Source of the DNA: an uncultured Rhodospirillales bacterium
GTDB lineage: Bacteria > Pseudomonadota > Alphaproteobacteria > Rhodospirillales > JAPHRK01
Assembly (NCBI GenBank): GCA_965368335.1
Contig: CBDUMN010000001.1
Span: 5,219-69,218, forward strand
DNA length: 64,000 nt
Direction of reading: 5' to 3'
A model generated the notes under the pieces. That model was not told the DNA's origin. It saw only the letters and a program-made list of their open reading frames with translations, and made no database searches. Below, piece by piece: positions 42,245-52,775 of the stretch; the stretch's first letter is position 1, and the number at the start of each line of letters is the position of its first letter. The translations under genes were made by a program, and so were the position numbers.

Positions 42245-42856
42245 TCACCAGCCTCCCTCTTCAATCCACTTTTTCATCATCCAAATCCGGTCCGATCCCC
42301 AGAAGGGCTCCCCGTTTACAAAGAAAAACGGCGATCCGAAGACGCCCCGGCTCACCGCATCTTCCGTGATGGTGCGCAGCATGTTTTTGAATTTTTCGTC
42401 GTTGATGGCGGCTATCGCCTCGTCGGGGTCGACGCCGCAATCCTTGACCAATTGCCGCAAGACTTCGTGGTCGCCAATATTCCGGTTTTCAGCGAAGTAG
42501 GCCTTAAGCGCATTTTTAGCGAAGGTTGCCGCATGCTCCTGGCTGTGCTCGCTGGCTTCCATCCAATAAAAAACACGGGCCGCAGCCGTGGTCATGATCG
42601 GGAAAGGATCGGGCAACTTGAAGGGAATTTTCATGTAGCGCGCCATGCGCTGCATGTCATGGATACTGTATTCACCCTTCAAGGGGACCGACGTCAAAGG
42701 CTGACCGCCCGTTTCCTTGAATGCCGCGCTCACCAACATCGGCTTCCAAATGACATCGTAATCGAAGCGCTCGCCTAAATCTTCGACCTTCTGCGCCGCC
42801 AGATAGGCGAAAGGCGACGCAAAATCGAAATAAAACTCGATGATGTTGCTGCTCAT
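42245..42856 (-). CDS. 2-hydroxychromene-2-carboxylate isomerase / DsbA-like family protein (intact paralogue)
   Basis: 203 aa with FYFDFASPFAYL and GVFGSPFFFVNGEPFWGSDRI. Confidence 0.85.
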   Translation of the reverse strand: MSSNIIEFYFDFASPFAYLAAQKVEDLGERFDYDVIWKPMLVSAAFKETGGQPLTSVPLKGEYSIHDMQRMARYMKIPFKLPDPFPIMTTAAARVFYWMEASEHSQEHAATFAKNALKAYFAENRNIGDHEVLRQLVKDCGVDPDEAIAAINDEKFKNMLRTITEDAVSRGVFGSPFFFVNGEPFWGSDRIWMMKKWIEEGGW

Positions 42857-42879
42857 TTCAAGCTAGCCCCCTATTCGGT

Positions 42880-44016
42880 TTAGCCGACCAATGCCGCCCG
42901 GCTGATAACGAGTTTCTGAACCTCACTGGTCCCTTCGTAAATTTGCGAGACCCGCACGTCGCGGTAGATTTTCTCAACCACGAAGTCTTCCGTATAACCG
43001 TAACCACCGTGAATTTGGATGGCGTCGGAGCAAACCCGTTCGGCCATCTCGGAGGCGAACAGTTTCGCCATGCTGGCTTCCTTAAGGCAGGGTTCGCCCG
43101 CATCACGTAGAGCTGCGGCATGAAGAATCAACTGGCGCGCGGCTTCAATTTGCGTCGCCATATCGGCAATTTTAAAGGCCACGGCTTGATGGTTGGCAAT
43201 CGCCGTACCGAAAGCTTCACGGTCAAGTGCATAGTCACGGGCGGCCTCCATGGCGGCGCTCGCCATACCGACGCACTGAGACGCAATGCCGATGCGTCCG
43301 CCTTCCAGATTGGAAAGCGCGATCTTGTAGCCCTGCCCTTCCTGACCCAACAGGCATTTGCCCGACAGCCGCATGTCTTCAAAGACGATCTGCGCCGTGT
43401 CCGAAGCCTTCTGCCCCATTTTCTTCTCGATGGAAGAGACCGTATAGCCCGGCGTATCGGTGGGCACGATGAAGGCCGATATGCCTTTTTTGCCCGCATC
43501 CGGGTCGGTCACGGCGAAGGCGATGACGATATCGCCGATCTTGCCCGAGGTGATGAACTGCTTGGTGCCGTTCAGCACCCAACCATCACCGTCCTTTTTC
43601 GCTCGCGTCTTAAGGTTCGCGGCATCCGATCCCGTGTGCGGCTCAGTGAGGGCAAAAGCACCCAACTTCTCACCCCGCGCCATGGGCTTGAGAAACTCTT
43701 CTTTCTGCTCTTCGCTACCGAACTTATTGATCGGCATACAGCCGACCGAATTGTGAACCGACAGAACGGTTGAAAGAGCACCGTCGCCCGAAGCGATTTC
43801 CATCAGAGCCAGGGCATAGGCAATGTGGCCGACGTTAGCCCCATCGTATTCTTCCGGCGTCAGGGCTCCCATCAGACCCAACTCGGCCATTTCGGAAATC
43901 ACCGACCGGGGAATTTCGCAAGCCGCTTCCCAGTCCCGCGCATTGGGAGCGATGCGGTCCTTGGCGAAGTTACGCGCCATGTCTCGGATAAGCTGCTGTT
44001 CTTCAGATAAAATCAT
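42880..44016 (-). CDS. Acyl-CoA dehydrogenase (short/branched-chain type)
   Basis: ACAD family sequence ending in YEGTSEVQKLVISRA. The internal start at 44016 abuts the stop of the SDR gene. Confidence 0.9.
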   Translation of the reverse strand: MILSEEQQLIRDMARNFAKDRIAPNARDWEAACEIPRSVISEMAELGLMGALTPEEYDGANVGHIAYALALMEIASGDGALSTVLSVHNSVGCMPINKFGSEEQKEEFLKPMARGEKLGAFALTEPHTGSDAANLKTRAKKDGDGWVLNGTKQFITSGKIGDIVIAFAVTDPDAGKKGISAFIVPTDTPGYTVSSIEKKMGQKASDTAQIVFEDMRLSGKCLLGQEGQGYKIALSNLEGGRIGIASQCVGMASAAMEAARDYALDREAFGTAIANHQAVAFKIADMATQIEAARQLILHAAALRDAGEPCLKEASMAKLFASEMAERVCSDAIQIHGGYGYTEDFVVEKIYRDVRVSQIYEGTSEVQKLVISRAALVG

Positions 44017-44020
44017 CGTC

Positions 44021-44704
44021 TCACCAAGGAATTTCGTTGCCGTCGTAGTTGAAGAATTTGCCGGCCTTGGAAAGATCAAGACCGTCGATAACGCCTTTCA
44101 TGCCCCGCACGCTCTCTTCGGCGCTAATCAAGGCATTGGGGCCACCCATATCGGTCTGGACCCAACCGGGATGAAGAACGGCGCAAGTCACCCCCATGGG
44201 CCTTAAATCGTTGGACACGGATTTCATCACCGCATTCACCGCACTTTTCGAAGAGCGATAGACGTAGGAACCGCCCGAACCGTTATCGGCGATGGACCCC
44301 ATCTTGGAACTGACCGTAACAATCCGCTTCAAGTCGCTTTTCGCCACATGCTCAACGAAGCTTTCAGCCATTTTGAGTGGGGCCATGGTGTCGATATGCA
44401 GCACCTTCATCCACTCTTCGTAATCCACCGAACCGAACAACGAGCTTTTCGAGCCGTAGATGCCCGCATTGTTGAGCAGGACATCTATGGCCTGACCGTT
44501 TAAGTCCGCCGCCAGCTTCTCAATTGCCGGAAAGTTCGCCACGTCGAGAATGTAGGTTTCTACCTGCCCCACCACATCACGCAGCGACGCCGCCCCATCA
44601 AGGGTGCGGCAGCAAGCCAGCACCCGCCAGCCGTCCGCCGCATACTGACGGACGAACTCCAGGCCCAGGCCTCTGTTTGCGCCGGTGACGAGAAGTGTTG
44701 GCAT
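44021..44704 (-). CDS. Short-chain dehydrogenase/reductase (SDR) family oxidoreductase
   Basis: 227 aa with TGANRGLG and a YxxxK region (YRSSKSAVN). Confidence 0.88.
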   Translation of the reverse strand: MPTLLVTGANRGLGLEFVRQYAADGWRVLACCRTLDGAASLRDVVGQVETYILDVANFPAIEKLAADLNGQAIDVLLNNAGIYGSKSSLFGSVDYEEWMKVLHIDTMAPLKMAESFVEHVAKSDLKRIVTVSSKMGSIADNGSGGSYVYRSSKSAVNAVMKSVSNDLRPMGVTCAVLHPGWVQTDMGGPNALISAEESVRGMKGVIDGLDLSKAGKFFNYDGNEIPW

Positions 44705-44723
44705 GGCTAGCCTGAACCCCGCT

Positions 44724-45914
44724 TTAGTTCATCAGTTCCACAGCAACCGCCGTGGCTTCGCCGCCACCAATGCAGAGACTGGCGACCCCTTTGGTGCCGC
44801 CTTTGCTTTTCAAGGCATTGAGCAAGGTGACGATAATCCGCGCACCCGATGCGCCAATGGGATGGCCGAGCGCACAAGCACCGCCGAACACATTGACCTT
44901 ATCGTGCGGAATGTCGAGGTCGCGCATGGCGCACATGGTCACAACGGCAAAGGCTTCGTTGATCTCGTAGAGATCGACCTCATCCTTGGACCAACCGGTC
45001 TTGGCCAGCACCTTCTCAATGGAACCGATGGGCGCCGTGGTGAACCACTGAGGTTCGCGGGCGTCGGTGGCGTGACCGTGAATTTTGGCGATTGGGGTCA
45101 GGCCGCGTTTTTCCGCTTCGCTCAAACGCATCAAAACCAACGCCGCCCCGCCGTCCGAGATAGAGCTGGAGTTGGCCGCCGTAACCGTTCCGTCTTTGGC
45201 GAAAGCCGGTTTGAGGGTCGGGATTTTGTCAAGATTGGCCTTCATCGGCTGCTCGTCCTGCTCAACCACCGTTTCGCCTTTGCGGGTCTTGACGGTCACC
45301 GGAACAATTTCCTTAGCCGACTCGCCCGAGGTAATGGCTTCCTGGGCGCGCTTCAAAGAGCTGATAGCGAAGTTGTCCTGCTCTTCTCGGGTAAACTGAT
45401 AGTGCTGCGCCGTATCTTCGGCGAAGGTCCCCATCAGGCGACCCTTGTCATAGGCATCTTCCAGGCCATCGAGGAACATGTGGTCCATCACCTTGCCATG
45501 CCCCATGCGAAAACCGGCGCGGGCCTTCTCCATCAGGTACGGAGCATTGGTCATGCTCTCCATGCCGCCCGCAATCATGATGTCGTTGGAACCAGCCAGG
45601 ATGGCGTCGTGGGCGAACATGGTCGCCTTCATGCCCGAACCGCACATCTTGTTGACCGTCGTACAGCCCTTGTTCCAGGGAATACCGGCATTAGCCGAGG
45701 CCTGACGCGCTGGGGCCTGCCCGACACCAGCCGGGAGCACAATCCCCATAACCACTTCGTCCACGTCTTCACCTTTGACGCCCGCACGGCTCAGAGCTTC
45801 CTTGATTGCCGCTCCGCCCAGTTCGGGCGAGGTCAGAGAGGCGAAATCGCCCTGAAACCCACCCATGGGGGTCCGGGCCGCGCCGACGATAACGATGGGA
45901 TCACTATTACTCAT
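44724..45914 (-). CDS. Acetyl-CoA C-acyltransferase (thiolase)
   Basis: 396 aa with the active-site Cys region NKMCGSGMKA and the C-terminal CIGGGEATAVAVE. Confidence 0.93.
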   Translation of the reverse strand: MSNSDPIVIVGAARTPMGGFQGDFASLTSPELGGAAIKEALSRAGVKGEDVDEVVMGIVLPAGVGQAPARQASANAGIPWNKGCTTVNKMCGSGMKATMFAHDAILAGSNDIMIAGGMESMTNAPYLMEKARAGFRMGHGKVMDHMFLDGLEDAYDKGRLMGTFAEDTAQHYQFTREEQDNFAISSLKRAQEAITSGESAKEIVPVTVKTRKGETVVEQDEQPMKANLDKIPTLKPAFAKDGTVTAANSSSISDGGAALVLMRLSEAEKRGLTPIAKIHGHATDAREPQWFTTAPIGSIEKVLAKTGWSKDEVDLYEINEAFAVVTMCAMRDLDIPHDKVNVFGGACALGHPIGASGARIIVTLLNALKSKGGTKGVASLCIGGGEATAVAVELMN

Positions 45915-45932
45915 GCTACCAACTCCGTTTTC

Positions 45933-46391
45933 CTAAAACCGGCTACCGTCTTTACGAACAAAGACCCGGCCATTGTTCCAAATTGTCTTCATATCGATAT
46001 CGGGGTAGTCCACCTCATCCCCTTCGATCCGGCCACCCACTTCGAGATAGACAGCCTCTTTTTCGCTTTTATTGACCAATCTGTGCCCGTTCGCATCGCC
46101 CGCCTTGAACCCGGCGGTCATGCCTGGACCCAAGACCCGCTCCCCCTCATCCGTCTCCAGCACCACCTCGCCCTCAAGGACATAGATGAGCTCATCCTCC
46201 TTGGTGTGCCAGTGGCGCATGGAGGACGGACAATCGGGAGGCAACCGAACCAAATTGACGCCGAAGCCATCAAGACCGAAGGCATCGCCCAGAGCCCGTT
46301 TTTCCCGGCCCGCCACTTGACTGGCGTACGGCTCTGGATAGGTCGAGCCGGTTCTGGGCGTGATGCTTTTCGCGTCGATAGCTTTGGTCAT
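45933..46391 (-). CDS. Cupin domain protein
   Basis: 152 aa with the cupin motif HWHTKEDELIYVLEGE. Confidence 0.8.
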   Translation of the reverse strand: MTKAIDAKSITPRTGSTYPEPYASQVAGREKRALGDAFGLDGFGVNLVRLPPDCPSSMRHWHTKEDELIYVLEGEVVLETDEGERVLGPGMTAGFKAGDANGHRLVNKSEKEAVYLEVGGRIEGDEVDYPDIDMKTIWNNGRVFVRKDGSRF

Positions 46392-46399
46392 TTGACCTC

Positions 46400-47572
46400 C
46401 TATTTCGTCTCCTCGAAGAATTCGCGACCGATCAGCATACGGCGGATTTCGCTAGTGCCCGCACCAATCTCGTAGAGCTTGGCGTCGCGCAGCAGGCGTC
46501 CCGTCGGGTATTCGTTGATGTAACCGTTGCCACCCAGTGTTTGGATCGCTTCAAGGGCCATCCAGGTTGCTTTTTCAGCACTATAGAGGATTGCGCCCGC
46601 TGCGTCTTTACGGGTGGTCTCGCCCCGATCACAGGCTGCGCCCACGGCATAGACATAAGCCCGGCAGGCATTCATGGTCGAATACATATCGGCGATCTTG
46701 CCCTGCATCAGTTGGAAGGTGCCGATCGGTTTGCCAAATTGTTCGCGTTCGTGAACGTAGGGAATCACCACGTCCATGCAAGCCCGCATGATGCCGAGCG
46801 GACCGCCGGAGAGAACGGCGCGTTCGTAATCGAGGCCGCTCATCAGAATATTGACGCCACGGCCCACTTCGCCCATGACGTTCTCGACGGGCACTTCGCA
46901 ATCTTCAAACACCAACTCGCAAGTGTTGGAACCACGCATACCCAGCTTGTCAAGCTTCTGAGCGGTCGAGAAGCCCTTCATACCCTTTTCAATCAGGAAA
47001 GCAGTCATGCCGCGCGGTCCGGCGTCCATATCGGTCTTGGCATAAACCACCAAAACGTCGGCGTCCGGCCCGTTGGTGATCCACATCTTGTTGCCGTTCA
47101 GCACATAGCGGTCGCCTTTGAGGTCGGCCCGCAGGCGCATAGAAACAACGTCGGACCCCGCCCCCGGCTCGCTCATCGCCAGAGCGCCGACATACTCGCC
47201 GCTGCACAGCTTGGGCAGGTATTTACGCTTTTGCGCTTCGTTGCCGTTGCGGCGAATTTGGTTGACGCAAAGGTTGGAGTGCGCCCCGTAGGACAGCCCA
47301 ATGGACGCAGAAGCACGGCTGATTTCCTCGACCGCGACAATATGCTCCAAATACCCCATGGCGGACCCGCCATATTCTTCCTCGACCGTGATGCCGAGCA
47401 AACCGAGGTCGCCCATCTTGCGCCACATATCCATGGGGAACTCGTTTTTCTGATCGACCTCTGCGGCAATGGGATCGAGCTCATTAGCCGCGAAACTCGA
47501 TACCGTATCGCGAATCATGTCGGCGGTTTCGCCAAGATTGAAGTTCAGGCTGGGATATTCAATGAAAGCCAT
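46400..47572 (-). CDS. ivd: Isovaleryl-CoA dehydrogenase
   Basis: 390-aa ACAD with an IVD-like C-terminus ([18 protein letters not shown]). It is the first gene of the liu array, behind a LiuR-type operator. Confidence 0.9.
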   Translation of the reverse strand: MAFIEYPSLNFNLGETADMIRDTVSSFAANELDPIAAEVDQKNEFPMDMWRKMGDLGLLGITVEEEYGGSAMGYLEHIVAVEEISRASASIGLSYGAHSNLCVNQIRRNGNEAQKRKYLPKLCSGEYVGALAMSEPGAGSDVVSMRLRADLKGDRYVLNGNKMWITNGPDADVLVVYAKTDMDAGPRGMTAFLIEKGMKGFSTAQKLDKLGMRGSNTCELVFEDCEVPVENVMGEVGRGVNILMSGLDYERAVLSGGPLGIMRACMDVVIPYVHEREQFGKPIGTFQLMQGKIADMYSTMNACRAYVYAVGAACDRGETTRKDAAGAILYSAEKATWMALEAIQTLGGNGYINEYPTGRLLRDAKLYEIGAGTSEIRRMLIGREFFEETK

Positions 47573-47711
47573 GATGGTCTGTCCCTTTTTCGTCTCTTAG
47601 GAACCAGAGAACGAGAGAAACCACTGCCTTCCGCCTCTCAGGAAGACGCCCCGCTTTCCCTGGTCAGTTACCGGCGCATTCTCTTTTCCCCGGCTGTTGC
47701 CCGGATCATAC

Positions 47712-47733
47712 TTAACGTTTACGTAAACGTCAA
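47712..47733. promoter_or_regulatory. LiuR-type operator 1 overlapping the ivd promoter
   Basis: Perfect 16-bp palindrome ACGTTTACGTAAACGT at 47715-47730. The minus strand reads TTGACG-17 nt-TATGAT (-35 at 47728-47733, -10 at 47705-47710). Confidence 0.75.
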
Positions 47734-47854
47734 CTTCTCAAACCGTATGATTTTGTAAAGATCGCCGAGTTTTGAATAAGACATCCAGGCCCGATCAAAC
47801 TTGGGGCTTAGCCCACCCTCAAACAACGAGAACTTTACGGTGCTGGAGCCTTTC

Positions 47855-48310
47855 TCAGCCGCTGACTGTCGGGTTTCCGGTAACGCACATCAGGGTGAGT
47901 TGCATGGTCGCCACATGCTTCTCCTTCCCGTCCTGGAGCATATAGGCGTCCGACTGGGCGACCGTGATGGTTTTGCCCGCCCGAATAACCTGCCCTCGCG
48001 CAATCAGTTTCTCGCCCGCTGCCGGAGCCATGAGATTAACCTTGAACTCAATGGTCAACACGCCATCGCCCTCAGGCATCAAGCTGAAACCAGCATAGCC
48101 ACCCGCCGAATCGGCAACCGCCGAAACAACCCCAGCATGAATAAAGCCATGCTGCTGGCACAATTCTTCGGCATAGGGCATTTCGATTTCACAGAAGCCG
48201 GGCTCGACCTTCACCAGCTTTGCGCCTAAATGGGTCATCGCGCCCTGCTTGGCGAAGCTCGTCTTGACGGCATTTTCAAAATCTGGGTTTTTCGGGTTGA
48301 AAACGGTCAT
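47855..48310 (-). CDS. PaaI family (hotdog fold) thioesterase
   Basis: 151 aa with a PaaI-like region (GFIHAGVVSAVADSAGG). Confidence 0.8.
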   Translation of the reverse strand: MTVFNPKNPDFENAVKTSFAKQGAMTHLGAKLVKVEPGFCEIEMPYAEELCQQHGFIHAGVVSAVADSAGGYAGFSLMPEGDGVLTIEFKVNLMAPAAGEKLIARGQVIRAGKTITVAQSDAYMLQDGKEKHVATMQLTLMCVTGNPTVSG

Positions 48311-48741
48311 AGGGACGCATGCTCCTCAGCCATAGCCTCAATACGGGCCTGAACATCCGGTGGAAAATGGCAGGACTTACGCGCCACCGTATCCATATGA
48401 ACGCCCGTTACTTCAGCTACGGCGGCAATTTCGCCCCTCTCGCCTTTGATCATTTCATGGGTGAATTTGATCACTTTGTCCTTAAGAACCTCCCGCACCC
48501 GCGTCCGAACGCTCACCACATCTCCGGCGAGAAGCTCAGCTTTATAAGTGGTATTGATTTCAACGGCCGCCATACCCCGGCCGTTTTCTTTTAAGAAAGC
48601 GGGCGTTAGCCCCAAGTCGGCAAAGAGGTTCCAAGTCGCTTCGTCCATCTTGCCCGTGTACCACATGACGTTCATATGTCCCATATGATCGCAATGCCAC
48701 GGATAGACAGCGCCTTTATAGGTAATCGGTAACTCGGCCAC
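48307..48741 (-). CDS. Acyl-CoA thioesterase (4HBT / YbgC-like hotdog)
   Basis: 144 aa with a YPWHCDHMGHMNVMWY start, typical of 4HBT-type thioesterases. It overlaps the next gene by 4 nt. Confidence 0.8.
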   Translation of the reverse strand: MAELPITYKGAVYPWHCDHMGHMNVMWYTGKMDEATWNLFADLGLTPAFLKENGRGMAAVEINTTYKAELLAGDVVSVRTRVREVLKDKVIKFTHEMIKGERGEIAAVAEVTGVHMDTVARKSCHFPPDVQARIEAMAEEHASL

Positions 48742-48786
48742 ATTCGCCTCCCATTTATCTTTTTCGCTTTTCAGGCTGAAAATTAC

Positions 48787-48808
48787 CTTACGTTTACGTA
48801 AACGTCAA
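48787..48808. promoter_or_regulatory. LiuR-type operator 2 in the divergent region between the thioesterase and methyltransferase genes
   Basis: The same perfect 16-bp palindrome lies at 48790-48805. The minus strand reads TTGACG-17 nt-TAATTT, pointing at the thioesterase pair. Confidence 0.7.
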
Positions 48809-48876
48809 TTCATTGAAAGCCTCCATTGCTTTCTTTGCGCTCTCAATCCATCCTGCATTTTTTAAAGGAGCCCAAA

Positions 48877-49641
48877 ATGGCCCCTAACGATCACGAAGAA
48901 ACAATACCGGCAGCCTTGTTCGAGTTTTTCGAAGCCATGCCGCGTCAGGGGCCCGGTTCCGCCAGAACAACAGCGGCGCTATATGATCGCATCATGGCCT
49001 TATTGCCCGCAAAGCCAAAGGCCGCCGACATGGGCTGCGGCAATGGCGCCGCCGGTTTGGTTTTGCTGGAAAAAGGCGCCAAGGTAATAGGCGTCGATGT
49101 CCACCCTCCCTTCCTCGAAAGCTTCCAAGCAACGGCTCGCAAGAAAGGATTTGCCGAAAACCTTGAAACACTTACCGTCGGCATGACCGAAACCGGATTA
49201 CCGGATGCCAGCCTCGACCTAATCTGGTCGGAAGGCGCGGTTTATATCGTTGGTTTCGACACTGCTTTAGCAGAGTTCAGGCGGCTGTTGAAGCCGGGGG
49301 GAATCGCCGTAATCTCCGAATGCACCTGGCTCAAAGAGGGCGCGCCGAAAGACCCCGCCGATTTCTGGGCGGAAAACTATCCAGGAATGCGTAGCGAAGC
49401 CGAAAACAGAGAGGCAATCGAGGCCTCCGGCTGGGAATGCCTTCATACGGAAACTCTCCCCTCAAACATCTGGGAAGAAAATTTCTACGGCCCTATGGAG
49501 AAGATGAACAAGACCATCGACCGAGCGGCCACCCCGGACCTAGCCGCTGTCGCCGATGAACAAACGGCGGAGATCAACCTTTTCCGGCGCTACAACGACT
49601 TCTATGGCTACGTTTTTTACGTTGTTCGAAAAATAGTTTAA
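48877..49641 (+). CDS. Class I SAM-dependent methyltransferase
   Basis: The SAM motif [10 protein letters not shown] is present. The ATG at 48877 is preceded by the SD aaaggag. Confidence 0.85.
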   Translation: MAPNDHEETIPAALFEFFEAMPRQGPGSARTTAALYDRIMALLPAKPKAADMGCGNGAAGLVLLEKGAKVIGVDVHPPFLESFQATARKKGFAENLETLTVGMTETGLPDASLDLIWSEGAVYIVGFDTALAEFRRLLKPGGIAVISECTWLKEGAPKDPADFWAENYPGMRSEAENREAIEASGWECLHTETLPSNIWEENFYGPMEKMNKTIDRAATPDLAAVADEQTAEINLFRRYNDFYGYVFYVVRKIV

Positions 49642-52600
49642 TCGTTTTCCACCTGCGTCCCTTGCTTACGTTTCTTATCGAACAACTGAACAATCAGAAT
49701 AAAAAATAAGGGCACAAAGAAAATAGCCAGGACAGTTGCTGCGATCATGCCTCCCATAACACTGGTCCCGATGGCCACGCGCCCTCCAGCACCAGCGCCG
49801 CTGCTCACCACCAACGGCGTCACACCGAGAATGAAAGCCATAGAGGTCATGATGATCGGGCGCAAACGCTGACGCGCCGCCTCCAAAGTCGCCGCCAGCA
49901 AGTCCATCCCCTCGTCATAGAGATGTCGGGCAAACTCCACGATCAGGATGGCATTTTTCGCTGACAGACCAATAGTGGTCAACAAGCCAACCTGAAAATA
50001 AACGTCGTTCGGCAGTCCTCGCAAATAAGAAGCAACCACCGCGCCAACCACTCCAAGAGGCACCACCAACATCACCGAGAACGGAATTGACCAACTCTCA
50101 TATAGCGCGGCCAAGCACAGGAAGACGACGAGAACCGAGAGAACATAAAGAGCAGGCGCCTGCTCACCTGACATCCGCTCTTCATAAGACAACCCTGCCC
50201 ACTCAAACCCAAAACCGGTGGGCAGTTTTCCTACGATCTCCTCCATCGCCAGCATAATGTCACCGGAACTTGCGCCAGGGGCCGGGGCTCCCAGGATATT
50301 GACGGATGGGGTCCCGTTGAATCTTTCCAGGCGGGGCGATCCCATATGCCATTCAGTGTCGGCAAAGCTCGTCAGCGGCACCATTTCTCCCCTGTCGTTG
50401 CGCACATACCAAAGGTCCAGGTCTTCAGGCATCATGCGCGCTCGCGCATCGCCTTGAACGAAGACTCTCTTGACCCGCCCCTGTTCCATAAAATCGTTTA
50501 CATAGGTAGAGCCCCAGACGGTAGACAGAGTGGTATTGATATCCTCGGTCGAGACTCCCAGGGCACGGGCTTTCTCCTGATCGGTTAGAATGCGAAACTG
50601 GGGGGTGTCGTTCATGCCATTAGGCCGCACACCGACCATAGTGGGATTCTGAGCCGCCATGCCGAGAACCTGATTCCGCGCCCCCATCAAGGCATCGTGA
50701 CCATGTCCTGCACGGTCGAGGAGCTGGAGGTTGAAGCCTGTTGCATTGCCAAGTTGAATGATGGCGGGAGGCGCAAAAGCAAAAACCATGGCTTCACGAA
50801 TTTGAGAAAAGGCGCCCATGGCGCGACCGACAATCGCCTGCACTGACTGACTCGCCTCGGTGCGTTCCGACCAGTCTTTCAACGAAACAAAGGTTATACC
50901 CATGTTCTGCCCGTTACCGGCGAAAGAAAAACCCGAGACCGTAAAGACCCCCTCAACCAGCTCACCCTCATTCTCGTGATAATGAGCGGCAACCTTCTTC
51001 AATACTTCGTTTGTCCGTTCCAGCGAAGCGCCAGGGGGAAGCTGGACCTGGGAGAACAGAATACCCTGATCCTCGCTTGGCAGAAAGGCGGTGGGCAGCC
51101 TCATAAAAGACACTCCCAACGCCGCGATAATCGCCAAATATAAAGCCAGAAAAATCCACTTACGTCGAACCACCACACCAACGCTACCACGATAAAAACG
51201 GCTGGTCGCATCAAACCCTCGATTGAACAGACCGAATGGCCCCTTCTGGCCAAAGGCGTCTCCATGAATTGGCTTTAGCATGGTAGCGCAAAGCGCCGGC
51301 GTCAGTATCATTGCCACCAGAACGGACAGCACCATTGCCGAAACGATAGTAATTGAGAATTGGCGATAAATCGCCCCGGTAGACCCGTCGAAGAAAGCCA
51401 TAGGAACGAAAACCGCCGACAGCACCAAGGTGATGCCCACCAAAGCGCTGGTAATCTGCCCCATAGATTTTCGCGTTGCTTCACGAGGCGATAAATCGTC
51501 TTCCCCCATGACCCGCTCAACATTTTCGACAACGACAATCGCATCATCAACCAACAGACCGATCGCCAAGACCATGGCAAACATGGTCAACGTATTGATG
51601 GTGAAACCGAAGGCCGCCAAAATACCGAAAGTACCAAGCAAGACCACAGGAACCGCAATTGTCGGAATTAAGGTCGCACGAAAATTCTGTAAGAACAGGT
51701 AGATCACGACAAAGACAAGAACAATCGCTTCAATCAGGGTTTTAAACACCTCATCAATGGAAATTTCGACAAACGGCGTAGTGTCATAGGGGTAGATAAC
51801 CTCAATCCCCTCTGGAAACTCCGTTTGCAGCAAGGCCATGCGAGCACGTATAACCTCGGCAGTTTCCAGGGCGTTTGCCCCCGGCGCTAAGCTGATGCCA
51901 ATTCCGGCAGCCCCATTGCCGTTATAGTATGCATCAACACGATAGCTTTCTGCGCCGATCTCAATACGAGCGACGTCGTGGAGACGAACCTGAGAGCCGT
52001 CTGCATTGACCCGGACGAGGATATTGCCGAACTCCTCCACAGACTCAAGGCGCGTTTGGGCAATAATGGTGGCGTTGATTTGCTGCCCCTTCATTGCCGG
52101 AACTCCACCGATCTGCCCGGCTGAAATCTCAGTATTTTGACTACGGATAGCCTGGGTCACTTCGGCGGCGGTGAGGCCGAAGCCAAGAAGTTTCTCAGGT
52201 TCGAGCCATATCCGCATCGCATGCTTGGCGCCAAACAATCGAACCTCGCCAACCCCACTCACACGACTGATCGGCTCCTGGACGTTCGAAGCGACATAAT
52301 CGGCGATTTCGTTTCTGCCCAAGCTTCCATCAGCGGAAACGAACCCAATCACCATAAGAAAACTGGAGTTTGATTTGGCGACCTTCACCCCCTGACGCTG
52401 CACTTCGGATGGCAACTGAGGCATGGCGAGTTGCAGCTTGTTCTGGACCTGAACTTGGGCGATATCGGGGTCCGCTTCAGGATTGAAAGTCAGGGTAATC
52501 TGCGCCACCCCTGCGGAATCGCTGTTGGATGAAATATAGCGAAGATGATCAATACCAGTCATTTGTTGTTCAATGATCTGGGTAACCGCACTCTCAACGG

Positions 52601-52766
52601 TCTGGGCCGAGGCGCCGGGATAGGTCGCGGTGATCTGAACCGAGGGAGGGGCGATAGACGGATACTGCTCAATCGGCAGACGCAAAATCGAAAGCGCGCC
52701 GGCGACCATAATCGCTATCGCAATCACCCAAGCAAAAACCGGCCGGTCGATAAAAAAGCGGGGCAT
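49638..52766 (-). CDS. RND multidrug efflux transporter, inner-membrane pump (AcrB/HAE1 family)
   Basis: 1042 aa. The N-terminus [17 protein letters not shown] is typical of AcrB-like pumps. Confidence 0.96.
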   Translation of the reverse strand: MPRFFIDRPVFAWVIAIAIMVAGALSILRLPIEQYPSIAPPSVQITATYPGASAQTVESAVTQIIEQQMTGIDHLRYISSNSDSAGVAQITLTFNPEADPDIAQVQVQNKLQLAMPQLPSEVQRQGVKVAKSNSSFLMVIGFVSADGSLGRNEIADYVASNVQEPISRVSGVGEVRLFGAKHAMRIWLEPEKLLGFGLTAAEVTQAIRSQNTEISAGQIGGVPAMKGQQINATIIAQTRLESVEEFGNILVRVNADGSQVRLHDVARIEIGAESYRVDAYYNGNGAAGIGISLAPGANALETAEVIRARMALLQTEFPEGIEVIYPYDTTPFVEISIDEVFKTLIEAIVLVFVVIYLFLQNFRATLIPTIAVPVVLLGTFGILAAFGFTINTLTMFAMVLAIGLLVDDAIVVVENVERVMGEDDLSPREATRKSMGQITSALVGITLVLSAVFVPMAFFDGSTGAIYRQFSITIVSAMVLSVLVAMILTPALCATMLKPIHGDAFGQKGPFGLFNRGFDATSRFYRGSVGVVVRRKWIFLALYLAIIAALGVSFMRLPTAFLPSEDQGILFSQVQLPPGASLERTNEVLKKVAAHYHENEGELVEGVFTVSGFSFAGNGQNMGITFVSLKDWSERTEASQSVQAIVGRAMGAFSQIREAMVFAFAPPAIIQLGNATGFNLQLLDRAGHGHDALMGARNQVLGMAAQNPTMVGVRPNGMNDTPQFRILTDQEKARALGVSTEDINTTLSTVWGSTYVNDFMEQGRVKRVFVQGDARARMMPEDLDLWYVRNDRGEMVPLTSFADTEWHMGSPRLERFNGTPSVNILGAPAPGASSGDIMLAMEEIVGKLPTGFGFEWAGLSYEERMSGEQAPALYVLSVLVVFLCLAALYESWSIPFSVMLVVPLGVVGAVVASYLRGLPNDVYFQVGLLTTIGLSAKNAILIVEFARHLYDEGMDLLAATLEAARQRLRPIIMTSMAFILGVTPLVVSSGAGAGGRVAIGTSVMGGMIAATVLAIFFVPLFFILIVQLFDKKRKQGTQVEND

Positions 52767-52775
52767 ATCGAAGCC

